From Verrucomicrobiales bacterium (GTDB lineage Bacteria; Verrucomicrobiota; Verrucomicrobiia; Verrucomicrobiales; V1-33): 64,000 nucleotides of DNA. Position numbers and translations under genes: made by a program. Under the pieces are notes generated by a model that saw nothing but the letters and a program-made list of their open reading frames with translations, did no database searches and was not told the DNA's origin. The stretch spans positions 1 through 64,000 of the forward strand of contig JANOAV010000123.1 of assembly GCA_031411295.1 (NCBI GenBank). Direction: 5' to 3'. Below are positions 1-9,374 of the stretch, one piece after another (within the stretch, counting starts at the first letter, position 1; every line of letters starts with the position of its first letter).

Positions 1-2785
1 TCCAGGTGTTGGTGGCGGGATCGTAGATGCCACCATCATTCAAGACCGCAGTGAGCGATTCGCCACCAAACACGATCATCTTGTTCGCGGTGGCCGCGTT
101 GCCCGTGTTGCCCGTCCAGATGGCGGTTCCAAAATACCGAGGGCTTGGCGCATTCGTGGTGGTGGTGGCGGTCCAGGAGTCCGCGGCCGGATCGTAGATG
201 CCGCCGGTGTTCAAGAGGTTAGCGAAATTGGAATCGCCGCCGCCGAAGACTATCATCCTGTTGGCGGTGGCGGCGTTGCCCGTATTTCCGGTCCACACCG
301 CCAGATGGTAGCTGCGTCCAACCGGGGCTCCCGTGGTGGTGGTCGCAGCCCAGGTGTTGCTCGCAGGATCGTAACGTCCGCCCGTGTTGAAGACGGTCGC
401 ACCGTTATTGTCGCCACCCCAAATGATCATGCGGTTGGCCGTGCCAGCATTGCCCGTCGCGCCGGTCCACACGGCCGTGTGATTGGTGCGCAGCGAGGGA
501 GCGCCTGTGGTGCCGGTGGCTGTCCATGAGTCCGTCGCAGGATGGTAAAGGCCACCCGTGTTGGTGGGCTGATTAGCGCCATCCGTGCCGCCCCAGAGGA
601 GGGTGCGATTCGCCGTCGCCGCATTGCCGGTAAGACCCGTATAGACCGCCGTGTGCGCCTGGCGCGCCGACGGCGCACCTGTCGTGGTGGTGGCAGACCA
701 GGAATACGCGGCGACGAGCGCGGCGGTCGCCGTGGTCGCGCCGTCGTGGACGACGAGGTTCGGTGTGCCGGTGGCTGCCGCCGCCGCGCGGGTGACGACG
801 ATGCTGTAAGTCTTGATCGTCGTCCCATCCTGCGCGGTGACTTGCACCTGAATGGTGTTCGCACCGACAGCGAGCGGCAACGAGGCGCTGGGACTGCCGG
901 AGGTGACGCTGACGAAGGCATTGGCTCCGACACGGGCTTGGATGGTCGCATTCGCCTGAGCACGGGTTGGCGTGACGGTGACGCTGCTGGTGGCATTCGG
1001 CACGCTGGCGGTGTAGCTCGTGGTGACGGCCGCGAAGGCTTCGTTGATCGTCGCGGTGGTGAGTGCGAGGGCGCTGAGGTCGGCGTTGCTGCTCAAGGGC
1101 ACGACATTGTTCGTGGTGAACGCCCACGCCGTGTTCGTGGCGAAGTTCGCGTTCAGCGTGTTGTTGCCTACGTCCTTGAACGCACCCGCGGGCATGACAA
1201 CGTAATACTTCGTGGTCGTGAGGAGCGTGCCCGTGGGATTGATCGTCACCTTGCCGCCGCTGATCGTCACGCGCGCGTCGCCCACCGGGATGGATTCGAA
1301 GACCGAGTTGTCGGAGAATTTCTTGATGTCAATGTTCCCCGTGCCCGCGACGACCGAGGCCGCGCTGCCGAAATTCATCACGATGTTCGTCGCCGCGGAG
1401 ACTTCGACCGCGTTGTTCGGCGGGAAGAGCACGCCGACGAAATCAAACGTGGCCGCGCCGGATTCATACGCGCCCATGTCCGTTATGCCCACCGAGCGCG
1501 CATAGCCGCGCGCATCCGTGGTCGCTCCGCCGACGTTGCTGCCGGTATTGACGGCAGGGCCGCCGGTGAGCGCCATCGTCTGGACAAAGCCGCCATTGTT
1601 CCCGAGCGCGCCGAGCGCGGGACTGCCACCAACGTTGTTCGCGGTGTTCGTGCCATTGATCGAGCTGGCGAGGAGGGTGCCGTAGAGCGTATTCGTCACG
1701 TTCAGCGTGCCGGGTGAACTCAGCCCCGCGCTCTCACGCGCGATGTCGTTGCCCGTGTTGCCCGAGACGATGGAGCCCGCGATCGTAAACACCGGCGACG
1801 ACGCGCCGCTGTTGTTGCCGCCGACGAAATGCACGCCGTCGCGCTGGTTGCTGGCGATGGTGCAGTTCTGAAAAGTCGCATTTCCCTGCACGTAGAAGAC
1901 GCCGGTGCTCGAGGCCGCCACACCTGCGCCGTAGAGGTTACCCGTCGCCGTGCAGTTGCGGAAGATGAGACTCTGCGTGACCAGGTTCGTGCAGGTCGAG
2001 AACATCACCGAGCCATACCCGAAGGTGCAGGTGTTGCCGGAGAAGGTGCTGTTCGTGCAGGTGAGCGTGACCAGCGGTGCCGCCCCCGTGGTGCTGTAGA
2101 TGGAAAGACACGCGCCGTAGGTGGAGGAGTTGTTCGTGAAGACGCACTGGTCAATCACGTAGGTGGCCGGGAACCCGACATCCCCGGCGAGGAACAGCGT
2201 GCCCCCGCTTCCTCCCGGGGTTGTATTGGAATCGAACACGCAGTTCCGGCATGTCAGGTTCGCGCCAAACGAATCCACGGCGGCGCCGGCTATGGAAGTG
2301 GTGTTCGACTGGAAGACGATATCCGTGAGCACCATCTTGTTCTCGTTCTCGATCGCGCCGCCTTCGTTGACGTAGCGCGCGCTCGCGCCGTTGCAGTTGA
2401 TGAACTTCATGCCCGAGATGACGACATCGAAGGCGTTCAGCGCATCGCCGATGTTCCATGACTCCAGCCCGCGCGAGATGTTGTTGCCGCTGATCGTCAG
2501 CAGCGCCGACCCCGGCCCTATGATCGTGAGGTTCTTGCCCTGAACCAGCAGCGGAGTGCTCGTCGTGCCGATCGTGATCGTGCGCGCGGTGTTGAAGAAC
2601 AGTGGATCGAACACAATCGTGTCGCCGCTGGCCGCGGCTGTGATGGTGGCGCGCAACGACCCGGCGCCGGTGTCATTGGCATTGGTGACGGTGAGCGTGG
2701 CCGCGCGCGCGGAGTCGACGCTGCCAATCAAGATGGCAAATAAACCGACGACGGCCCAAAGACGTGAGAGGATCGAGTTCTTCAT
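1..2785 (-). CDS. Large secreted multidomain surface protein, 3'-truncated by the window edge: signal peptide, beta-helix/choice-of-anchor-Q-like region, SbsA-type Ig, cadherin-like sandwich, Kelch-like repeats
   Basis: Manual translation from ATG 2785 (MKNSILSRLWAVVGLFAILIGSVDSARAATLTVTNANDTGAGSLR...) stays open to base 1. Motifs: 'LGALGNNGGFVQTMAL...TDARGYAR...DMGAYE', 'SNADLSAL...TSYTASVPNATSSVTVTPT', repeated 'AVWTG...MIxxGG...GGxYDPA..TW'. Absent from the ORF track because it has no stop in the window. Confidence 0.85.
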   Translation of the reverse strand, partial: MKNSILSRLWAVVGLFAILIGSVDSARAATLTVTNANDTGAGSLRATITAAASGDTIVFDPLFFNTARTITIGTTSTPLLVQGKNLTIIGPGSALLTISGNNISRGLESWNIGDALNAFDVVISGMKFINCNGASARYVNEGGAIENENKMVLTDIVFQSNTTSIAGAAVDSFGANLTCRNCVFDSNTTPGGSGGTLFLAGDVGFPATYVIDQCVFTNNSSTYGACLSIYSTTGAAPLVTLTCTNSTFSGNTCTFGYGSVMFSTCTNLVTQSLIFRNCTATGNLYGAGVAASSTGVFYVQGNATFQNCTIASNQRDGVHFVGGNNSGASSPVFTIAGSIVSGNTGNDIARESAGLSSPGTLNVTNTLYGTLLASSINGTNTANNVGGSPALGALGNNGGFVQTMALTGGPAVNTGSNVGGATTDARGYARSVGITDMGAYESGAATFDFVGVLFPPNNAVEVSAATNIVMNFGSAASVVAGTGNIDIKKFSDNSVFESIPVGDARVTISGGKVTINPTGTLLTTTKYYVVMPAGAFKDVGNNTLNANFATNTAWAFTTNNVVPLSSNADLSALALTTATINEAFAAVTTSYTASVPNATSSVTVTPTRAQANATIQARVGANAFVSVTSGSPSASLPLAVGANTIQVQVTAQDGTTIKTYSIVVTRAAAAATGTPNLVVHDGATTATAALVAAYSWSATTTTGAPSARQAHTAVYTGLTGNAATANRTLLWGGTDGANQPTNTGGLYHPATDSWTATGTTGAPSLRTNHTAVWTGATGNAGTANRMIIWGGDNNGATVFNTGGRYDPASNTWAATTTTGAPVGRSYHLAVWTGNTGNAATANRMIVFGGGDSNFANLLNTGGIYDPAADSWTATTTTNAPSPRYFGTAIWTGNTGNAATANKMIVFGGESLTAVLNDGGIYDPATNTW

Positions 2786-2839
2786 AAGAGAGGAGATGAA
2801 AGGTGGAATGAGAAGAGGTGGTCAGGTTTGAAGAAAGGA

Positions 2840-3193
2840 TCAGTCGATCACACGCAGTTTGAACTCGCCAGTGCCGCTGGTGAGGTTCACCGTCACATCG
2901 CGCGTGGCTCCGGTGCCGGTGACGCCGGTCACGGTGCCGACGATGTTGCTGCCGTTCACCGGCACGACCTGATAGCGGGCGGTGTGACAGCACTGAGAAG
3001 CGTCAGTCACCGAATCACCCGGCGTTGACTTCCTCACCCTGTCGGTCAGGTTGGTCGAGGGGGCGGCCTGCGCCACTGCCAGCGCCCGCAGAAGAAACCC
3101 AGCGGCAGTGAGCAAGAGCAGCCCATGGCGAAGGTAGGAGTTGCAACGCGTAAGAGTGGCAACTGGGCTTGTGGCGAGGAACAAGACGGGCAT
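2840..3193 (-). CDS. Small hypothetical protein or remnant of an Ig-like secreted protein
   Basis: The C-terminal half (VVPVNGSNIVGTVTGVTGTGATRDVTVNLTSGTGEFKLRVID) looks like beta-strand protein. The N-terminal half has a hydrophobic stretch but is less convincing. Start uncertain. Confidence 0.45.
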   Translation of the reverse strand: MPVLFLATSPVATLTRCNSYLRHGLLLLTAAGFLLRALAVAQAAPSTNLTDRVRKSTPGDSVTDASQCCHTARYQVVPVNGSNIVGTVTGVTGTGATRDVTVNLTSGTGEFKLRVID

Positions 3194-3508
3194 AGTCAGA
3201 AACGATAATTTAACCTGCGGTAACTCATTATTGTCGAGATGCATACCCATACCAACTTTCCACTCACGCTGCAAGCAAATTATCCGAGTCAGCGGAGCGT
3301 AGCATGGCATATTGAGTTGCTTTCACCTCACGCGTCGCGTGTTTACACCTCCGGCAAAAATCCGCCATACAGGAAAAAGATTGCCAAACGAAACCACGCA
3401 GGGAAGTTTGAGATCAAGCGAACTCTATGTGGCTGGAGATGGCACGCGGTTCTGTGTTGAGCTTGGCGTTGCGTTCCTGGCTCATGGGTCAATATGCTTG
3501 CTCACTTC

Positions 3509-4663
3509 ATGAAATTAACTCTACTTCTTTTATTGAGCCTCCTCTGCAGTCCGCTCACCGCAGCTGAACCCATGCTGGAGAAATCGGACGTGTTTCCTGT
3601 CAGCATGAACGGCATCGCGCGGTATCGCATTCCGGGGATGGTCGTGACCACGAAGGGAACGGTGCTAGCCTATGCCGAAGCCCGGAAAAATAATAGTGCC
3701 GACTGGGGGGAGATCGAGGTCCATTTGCGTCGTTCCATGGATGGCGGGAAAACATGGGAGCCCGCCAAGCAAATTGCGCATACTGGGTCACGCATTGCGG
3801 GGCATCCTAATGCGAAGCCTGGTAGCGCGGCGGAACAAACGGTGAATAATCCTATGGCGATTGTGGATCGCGAGACGGGGGCGATTGAATTTCTCTATTG
3901 TGTGAATTACGCGCGATGCTTCTCGATGCGCAGCACCGACGATGGACTTACTTGGAGTGCTCCCGTGGAGATCACGAATACGTTTGAGCCCTTCCGTGCC
4001 AAGGTGGATTGGAAAGTGATCGCGACCGGTCCGGGCCATGGAATTCAGCTGAAGGGCGGCCGCTTGGTGGTGCCAGTGTGGTTGGCGTTTGGCAAAGCAG
4101 GTGCCCACAGTCCATCGGCCGCAGGCACGATCTTCAGTGACGATCATGGCAAGACTTGGCAAGCAGGTGAACTTTGTCTGCCTAACGAGGGAGTTTTCGG
4201 CAATCCCAATGAAACGATGATTACCGAGTTGTCGGATGGTCGGGTGATGCTGGTGGCGCGCAGTGTTTCGAAGCCGAACCGGAAACTGATTACCATCAGT
4301 CCTGATGGAGCAAAGCAGTGGAGTCAGCCAGTCTATCATGATCAACTTTGGGAGCCGATCTGCATGGCCAGTATCGTGGCTTATCCTGCCAAGCCAGGCA
4401 CGCTGATCTTTTCCAATCCGCATACGCTGGGTCTCGATAAAGAAGGCAAGGAAATCCCCGCCGGGCGCGGCAAACGGGAGAATCTCAGCATTAAATTGAG
4501 TCGCGATGACGGCAAGACCTGGCCACTGAACAAGACGTTGGAGGCTGGACCCAGTGCGTATTCCGATCTAGCCGTGCTGCCCGACGGCACGGTTCTTTGT
4601 CTCTACGAGGGGAAGACAGATATCCACGTGGCGCACTTTAATTTGGAGTGGATTTCCGACTAA
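3509..4663 (+). CDS. Secreted sialidase-family (GH33, BNR/Asp-box) protein
   Basis: Signal peptide MKLTLLLLLSLLCSPLTAA; YRIP motif; Asp boxes SMDGGKTW, STDDGLTW, SDDHGKTW, SPDGAKQW, SRDDGKTW; C-terminal AYS tyrosine. Confidence 0.9.
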   Translation: MKLTLLLLLSLLCSPLTAAEPMLEKSDVFPVSMNGIARYRIPGMVVTTKGTVLAYAEARKNNSADWGEIEVHLRRSMDGGKTWEPAKQIAHTGSRIAGHPNAKPGSAAEQTVNNPMAIVDRETGAIEFLYCVNYARCFSMRSTDDGLTWSAPVEITNTFEPFRAKVDWKVIATGPGHGIQLKGGRLVVPVWLAFGKAGAHSPSAAGTIFSDDHGKTWQAGELCLPNEGVFGNPNETMITELSDGRVMLVARSVSKPNRKLITISPDGAKQWSQPVYHDQLWEPICMASIVAYPAKPGTLIFSNPHTLGLDKEGKEIPAGRGKRENLSIKLSRDDGKTWPLNKTLEAGPSAYSDLAVLPDGTVLCLYEGKTDIHVAHFNLEWISD

Positions 4664-4696
4664 GGGAAATCAAGGACGTGGTGGGATGCAACACCA

Positions 4697-4721
4697 CAGG
4701 CGCACTGGGAGAGTGCGCCTG
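4697..4721. terminator. Hairpin between convergent genes (possible terminator)
   Basis: CAGGCGCACT-GGGAG-AGTGCGCCTG, 10-bp perfect stem, no clear U tract. Confidence 0.4.
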
Positions 4722-4754
4722 CAGGGAGAGCAGGAGTGTTTAAGGCCGTCGGGC

Positions 4755-7700
4755 CTAGGGGCTGGTAACTTTAGCCCGGACGAAGATCTTTTTGAGTTCA
4801 CCTTCAGCCAAGGAGGCGTGGGCCGTGATCACGTCGTAGGCAGGATTATTGGTATCGATGGTATCCACTCCAACGGTAACGGCATTCCCTAAGGCATCAG
4901 AGAATCCCGCTTCGAACCAATTGGTTAGATCGCTCGACCATTGATAGCTGATCACCACGTTGGAGGGAAGTGACTTGGCTCGTCGGTGGTTGAAATCAAC
5001 CCGGCCTGGAGTAGCGATAAGGATCGCTATCAGCGGACTGGCGTTGCCGAGGGTGGGGGATGAAGCAAAGGCGAATTCGATGCCGTTAGGAACGCCGTCA
5101 CCATCCGGATCGGCGTTGAACCCGATGATTAAAGGATCGGTCACAGCAGGGAATTTTTCAGCCACCCAGGCAGCATAACCACTGCCGGCCAGGATATCGT
5201 TCGGGTCCCGTGGCATGATCTGATATCCTGCCGTGAACGGATTGGAGCTATCGAATTGGCCAATGATACCGATAATGCTAGCGGGGTAATTCGGGGCCGT
5301 GATGGCGGTCGAGCCGGCTTGGATGCGGATATCGATGTTGCCGGTGGAATCGGTGGCGCTGACGGTGGCTCCGGCTCCCCAGACGCCAGTATTCGCAGCG
5401 GTCGGAGCGAGTCCGTTGATGCGGACGACGCGTCCCTCGTAGGCTTCGGGGCTGAGGAGGAAGTCAGCCACGGTCAACGTGATGGGCGCAGGCGAGGTGT
5501 CCGCAGCCAGATCGACGACGTTGTTGACTGAGGTTACGACGATTTCTGTCAGACCATTGAACTGGGTGACTTGCCCGGTAATGGCGTATTTCCGACCACG
5601 GACCAAGTTGAGCGCCAGACTGGAAGAGAAAACGTTGATTCCATAGTCACCTTCCTGGATATAGGCGCTGGTTCCAGCAGTGTTTAAGTTTTCTTCCGAG
5701 CATACAGCCACCACGGCCACCACTTTGCCCGCGTCCAACGAGACGCCGGTGGCTGGGGTAACGTCCCGTAAAAATTCCACGGGAATCGTCACCACGGCAG
5801 CTGGGGAGGCTGCTGCGGCAGTCAGGGTCCCTGCCGTGCCAGCCGTTGCCATGGCGAAGGTGTAGCGTCCGTCGTCGGTCACGAGGGCTGGCACCGGTAT
5901 ATTTAAACCTCCGATGTTGATGGTGGCGGAGTTTGTGGTTGAAACAACGGTGCCACTAACTGTCACCTGTTGGCCCGTCACGGAGACAGTTCCGGTGCCG
6001 GCCCCGGGTCCGGAAACGCTAACTAATCCTGCTTGAGGGATGCCGAAACTGGCAGGCACGGTGAGACGAACGCTGGCAATGACACCCGGGGTGGCATCCG
6101 CGATCACTTGAATGCTTACGGTCTGGCCAGTCTGATTGCGCTGGAAAATATTTTTGCCTTGGAAAGGGCTGGCCGCAGTGCCATTGGTAAGCGTGGCGAG
6201 CCCAGCTCCATCCAAGTTCGTATATCCACGCAGGCGGCGGATGTAGGCGTTGTTAGCCAAATTGTTGGCGAGACCGAAACTCGATGCCGTGAGCGGCACG
6301 CTGCCCGTGGCGTCGGTGCCATTGAAGTCTGCGAGCGAGCTGGTGGAGTTGTTCGCGACGACGCCCTGTCCGGTGGCCGAGCCCAGAGTAGCAATGAGCT
6401 TTGGGGTTGGGGCACCAGTGAAGACACTTCCTTCAGTGCCTCCCGCCAGTGAGTGAATGGTGCCGGCTGATCCGCTACCTCCTGAACCCGCCGATTTGAT
6501 ACTGACCATTTCGACTCCTGCGATGTCAACGGTTCCCGTGATGGGAGTGAAATACGTCGTGTCCAACAAACCCAGATTCAAGGTGAAGTCCACAGGATCA
6601 ATGTCGGCGGAGGTGGCTGTGGTGTTAAGTGTGATGAGGGTTCCGGCCTTAACGGACTCGAAGAGGGTAATGGCGTTGAAGGTGTATTTTCCGCCGGTGT
6701 CTGCGGTCATGCTCGTGCTATGGTCTTTGATGATCATTCCCCGCATGTCCGCCGTGGAATTGGCCGCATCTGTGCCAACCACGAGCAGTTCGATGAGGTC
6801 TGGCCCATTGAGGTATTTGTTTATCACCACGGAAGTGGAAGTAATATCTACGTTTTGCACCGTCAGCACGGCGGTGCCGCTGGTATATCCGGTGGCAGCT
6901 GCGGTGATGGTGACGGCGGCATCAGCATCAAAAACTCCATCCGCCACTGCGGCTATGTTGAACGAGCTGGAAACAGTCTGCCCGGCCAAAATGGTCACGG
7001 AGGCAGGCACCGTAGCTTCTGTTAGATCTGAACTGGTCAAAGTCACGGTTAGGTCGGAAGCAGGGGCGGTGGAGGCAGTGATGGTTGCGGTGGTGGCAGC
7101 AGCTCCGGCGTTTTCTAAAACGCTCGGGTTGGCCAGATTGACCGTGAGCGTGGGTTGGGCTAGCACCGTAAAGGGATTGGCGCTAGTCACGCTGCCAGCG
7201 GCTGTAACCGTGATGGTGCCGCTGGTGGCTCCCGTGGGGACGTTCACCGAAATGGATGTGCCAGCACCATTAACCGTGGCACCGGGGGCAGCGGTGCCGT
7301 TGAAACTAACCGTCGGGCTGCTGCCGAAGTTGGTTCCAGTGATCGTCACAGTCGTTCCGACGCCTCCACTCGTTGGGGTGAAATTGGAGATCGTGGGGCC
7401 GGGCAGTCCTTCGGAGACCACGGTGCCGCTAATAGAGAGGTCCGCAGCCGTGGCATTTACGACATCATAGATATACCAAGTTCCGGTGGCCCCGGAGCCG
7501 CCAAAATTGACAATGCGGAAAGTGACAGGAGTGGATGCAGGCACCTGCTGCAAAGCGGTTATCCCGCTGAGGTCAATCGCAGGCAAGGAAGCGCCAGCGC
7601 CGGCCGAGGAGCTGTAACTGACGGTGGTGATATCAGTGAACGTGCCCGAACTGCCCACTTGATATTGAATGGTCCCTGAAGTCGCGCCAGAGCCAGACCG

Positions 7701-8072
7701 ACGGTAATCTAACCGATCAATGGAGCTGAAGGAGACCTTGTATCCTGCATTCCCCATAACCGAAAATGAAACAAATTTTTCCGCAGCAATGGCGGTGGCA
7801 GCATCCGCTACGTTCCACCCGGTTCCTCCCCAAGCACGGGCTGCGGCCGTGCCGGCTGAAGTGATCACGCCGCTGCCACGCGTAAGACTACCGATGGTGG
7901 TGTTTGTTGCACTAGTAGCTGGAGCGAGAGGCGAAATGCCATATCCGGTCGAGCTATTTACATCCCAAGCTGCAAGGACATCCGCTTGCGATGTTTGAGT
8001 AAGAAGTGCGAGCGCACCGAGCGTGAGCACGGCACCGAGGCCTCGGATAGATTGCCAGGGGGATTTTTTCAT
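4755..8072 (-). CDS. Large secreted surface protein (IPT/TIG, Calx-beta-like, lamin-tail-like and OB-fold domains, verrucomicrobial-type C-terminal tail)
   Basis: Signal peptide from MKKSPW. 'PTISNFTPTSGGVGTTVTITGTNF' (IPT); 'AYIQEG..GINVF...ITGQVTQFNGLTEI' and 'EAYEGRVVRI' (OB-fold); 'YAAW...DPDGDGVPNGIEFAF' tail. The ORF track starts it at 8120. Confidence 0.85.
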   Translation of the reverse strand: MKKSPWQSIRGLGAVLTLGALALLTQTSQADVLAAWDVNSSTGYGISPLAPATSATNTTIGSLTRGSGVITSAGTAAARAWGGTGWNVADAATAIAAEKFVSFSVMGNAGYKVSFSSIDRLDYRRSGSGATSGTIQYQVGSSGTFTDITTVSYSSSAGAGASLPAIDLSGITALQQVPASTPVTFRIVNFGGSGATGTWYIYDVVNATAADLSISGTVVSEGLPGPTISNFTPTSGGVGTTVTITGTNFGSSPTVSFNGTAAPGATVNGAGTSISVNVPTGATSGTITVTAAGSVTSANPFTVLAQPTLTVNLANPSVLENAGAAATTATITASTAPASDLTVTLTSSDLTEATVPASVTILAGQTVSSSFNIAAVADGVFDADAAVTITAAATGYTSGTAVLTVQNVDITSTSVVINKYLNGPDLIELLVVGTDAANSTADMRGMIIKDHSTSMTADTGGKYTFNAITLFESVKAGTLITLNTTATSADIDPVDFTLNLGLLDTTYFTPITGTVDIAGVEMVSIKSAGSGGSGSAGTIHSLAGGTEGSVFTGAPTPKLIATLGSATGQGVVANNSTSSLADFNGTDATGSVPLTASSFGLANNLANNAYIRRLRGYTNLDGAGLATLTNGTAASPFQGKNIFQRNQTGQTVSIQVIADATPGVIASVRLTVPASFGIPQAGLVSVSGPGAGTGTVSVTGQQVTVSGTVVSTTNSATINIGGLNIPVPALVTDDGRYTFAMATAGTAGTLTAAAASPAAVVTIPVEFLRDVTPATGVSLDAGKVVAVVAVCSEENLNTAGTSAYIQEGDYGINVFSSSLALNLVRGRKYAITGQVTQFNGLTEIVVTSVNNVVDLAADTSPAPITLTVADFLLSPEAYEGRVVRINGLAPTAANTGVWGAGATVSATDSTGNIDIRIQAGSTAITAPNYPASIIGIIGQFDSSNPFTAGYQIMPRDPNDILAGSGYAAWVAEKFPAVTDPLIIGFNADPDGDGVPNGIEFAFASSPTLGNASPLIAILIATPGRVDFNHRRAKSLPSNVVISYQWSSDLTNWFEAGFSDALGNAVTVGVDTIDTNNPAYDVITAHASLAEGELKKIFVRAKVTSP

Positions 8073-8373
8073 AGACGGGAGGAATTGTGTCGGGGTTGAG
8101 GAGTGGGAACGTGAACTCATCTGTAGAATGCAATTATCGTGCCCTTCGCCTCACGTTTAATCAATAAATCCAAATTCAACAATCCCCATCCGTTGACGAT
8201 TTCGCCATCTGGATGCTGGAAATTATGCCGGTGCTCAGAATTACGCTTTGTCTTGAAATTACAAATGTGCTGCTGGCGACAGGGAACATTGTTCCTGCCG
8301 CGGAACTCAGCGGAAGCCGTTGAAGCAAAAGAATCAGTTTGCTCGGTAAGTTAGAAAGTGCGATTCAGGGAAG

Positions 8374-9309
8374 ATGGCGGACGATTCTTTGCACCAACCT
8401 CACGACAAGCTTTTTAAAGGCGGATTTAGTGATCCTGCCACGGCAGCGGCTTTCCTACAGGCTGAGTTGCCCGAGAGCGTTGCCGGTCTCATTTCGTGGG
8501 ACGATCTTAAGCTGCAGTCGGGCACCTTCATCGATTCTCAGTTCCGTCATTCTGAGAGTGATCTACTTTTTGCGACAACGGTGGCAGGGAAAGATTGTCG
8601 CGTTTATTTGTTGTTTGAACATCAATCGGCACCTGATCCATGGCTGGCTCTGCGACTACTGCGCTATATGGTCCGGATCTGGGAATCCCACATTCAGGCG
8701 TATCCTAGCGTGACGAAATTGCCCGCAATTCTGCCAGTGGTGTTGGCGCAAAATGCCGAGGTCTGGCGCGTGGAGCCGCGTTTGGGAGCATTGCTGGACT
8801 TGCCGGAACATGTGGCCACGGCATTTCGACCTTACATTCCCGATTTCGCCTTCCGCTTGTGTCAGCTTGCAGAAATGGCGTTCGAATCGATTCGTGGCAC
8901 CGCTGCCGGTATTCTGATCTTGCGGACGATGAAGGCGGAGCGGGTGGCTCAGTTGCTGCATGAGGCGGTCTGGGATGAATCACTATTTCTGGCGGTTCCT
9001 CGTGAAATATTGGAAATGGTGCTGCGCTACATCCTCGATGCAGATATTGACAAAGCGGCCTTCGAGGTTAGAATTCAAGACATTCAGAACCCACAAGCCC
9101 GCACCAACGCCATGTCCCTAGCCCAACAGTATCGTCAAGAAGGTCGCCAGGAAGGGATCTGGATTGGTAAAATTCAGGTCTTGCAGGAACTCATGGGAGA
9201 CCGCATTAGTGAAAAAGCAGCATTGGGCACCTTGACGGAGTTGGAGTTAGAAGAGCAATTCCGCTGCCTGCAGATTCGTTATAATGCGCAGTTTAAAGCT
9301 TCAGAGTGA
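8374..9309 (+). CDS. Rpn family recombination-promoting nuclease / YhgA-like PD-(D/E)XK protein
   Basis: 'PHDKLFKGGFSD..TAAAFL', 'ESDLLF', 'YLLFEHQS.PDPWLALRLLRY', 'LPAILPVVL', C-terminal 'MSLAQQYRQEGRQEG'. Confidence 0.92.
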   Translation: MADDSLHQPHDKLFKGGFSDPATAAAFLQAELPESVAGLISWDDLKLQSGTFIDSQFRHSESDLLFATTVAGKDCRVYLLFEHQSAPDPWLALRLLRYMVRIWESHIQAYPSVTKLPAILPVVLAQNAEVWRVEPRLGALLDLPEHVATAFRPYIPDFAFRLCQLAEMAFESIRGTAAGILILRTMKAERVAQLLHEAVWDESLFLAVPREILEMVLRYILDADIDKAAFEVRIQDIQNPQARTNAMSLAQQYRQEGRQEGIWIGKIQVLQELMGDRISEKAALGTLTELELEEQFRCLQIRYNAQFKASE

Positions 9310-9374
9310 GTCGATGGTCGGTCGCTCCCTCGATTAGCCACAGGCCCGCATTCTGAGTTGCCCGAACTCCAACA

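Noticed and set aside
542..2461. + strand ORFs of 391 aa and 210 aa
   Set aside because: Arg-rich antisense shadows of the real - strand surface-protein gene.
6457..7470. 337-aa + strand ORF
   Set aside because: Antisense mirror of the Thr/Ala-rich IPT protein, with no independent motifs.
8374..9309. Rpn gene as an IS transposase
   Set aside because: No terminal inverted repeats or target duplication seen; the family is a PD-(D/E)XK nuclease, not a demonstrated transposase.
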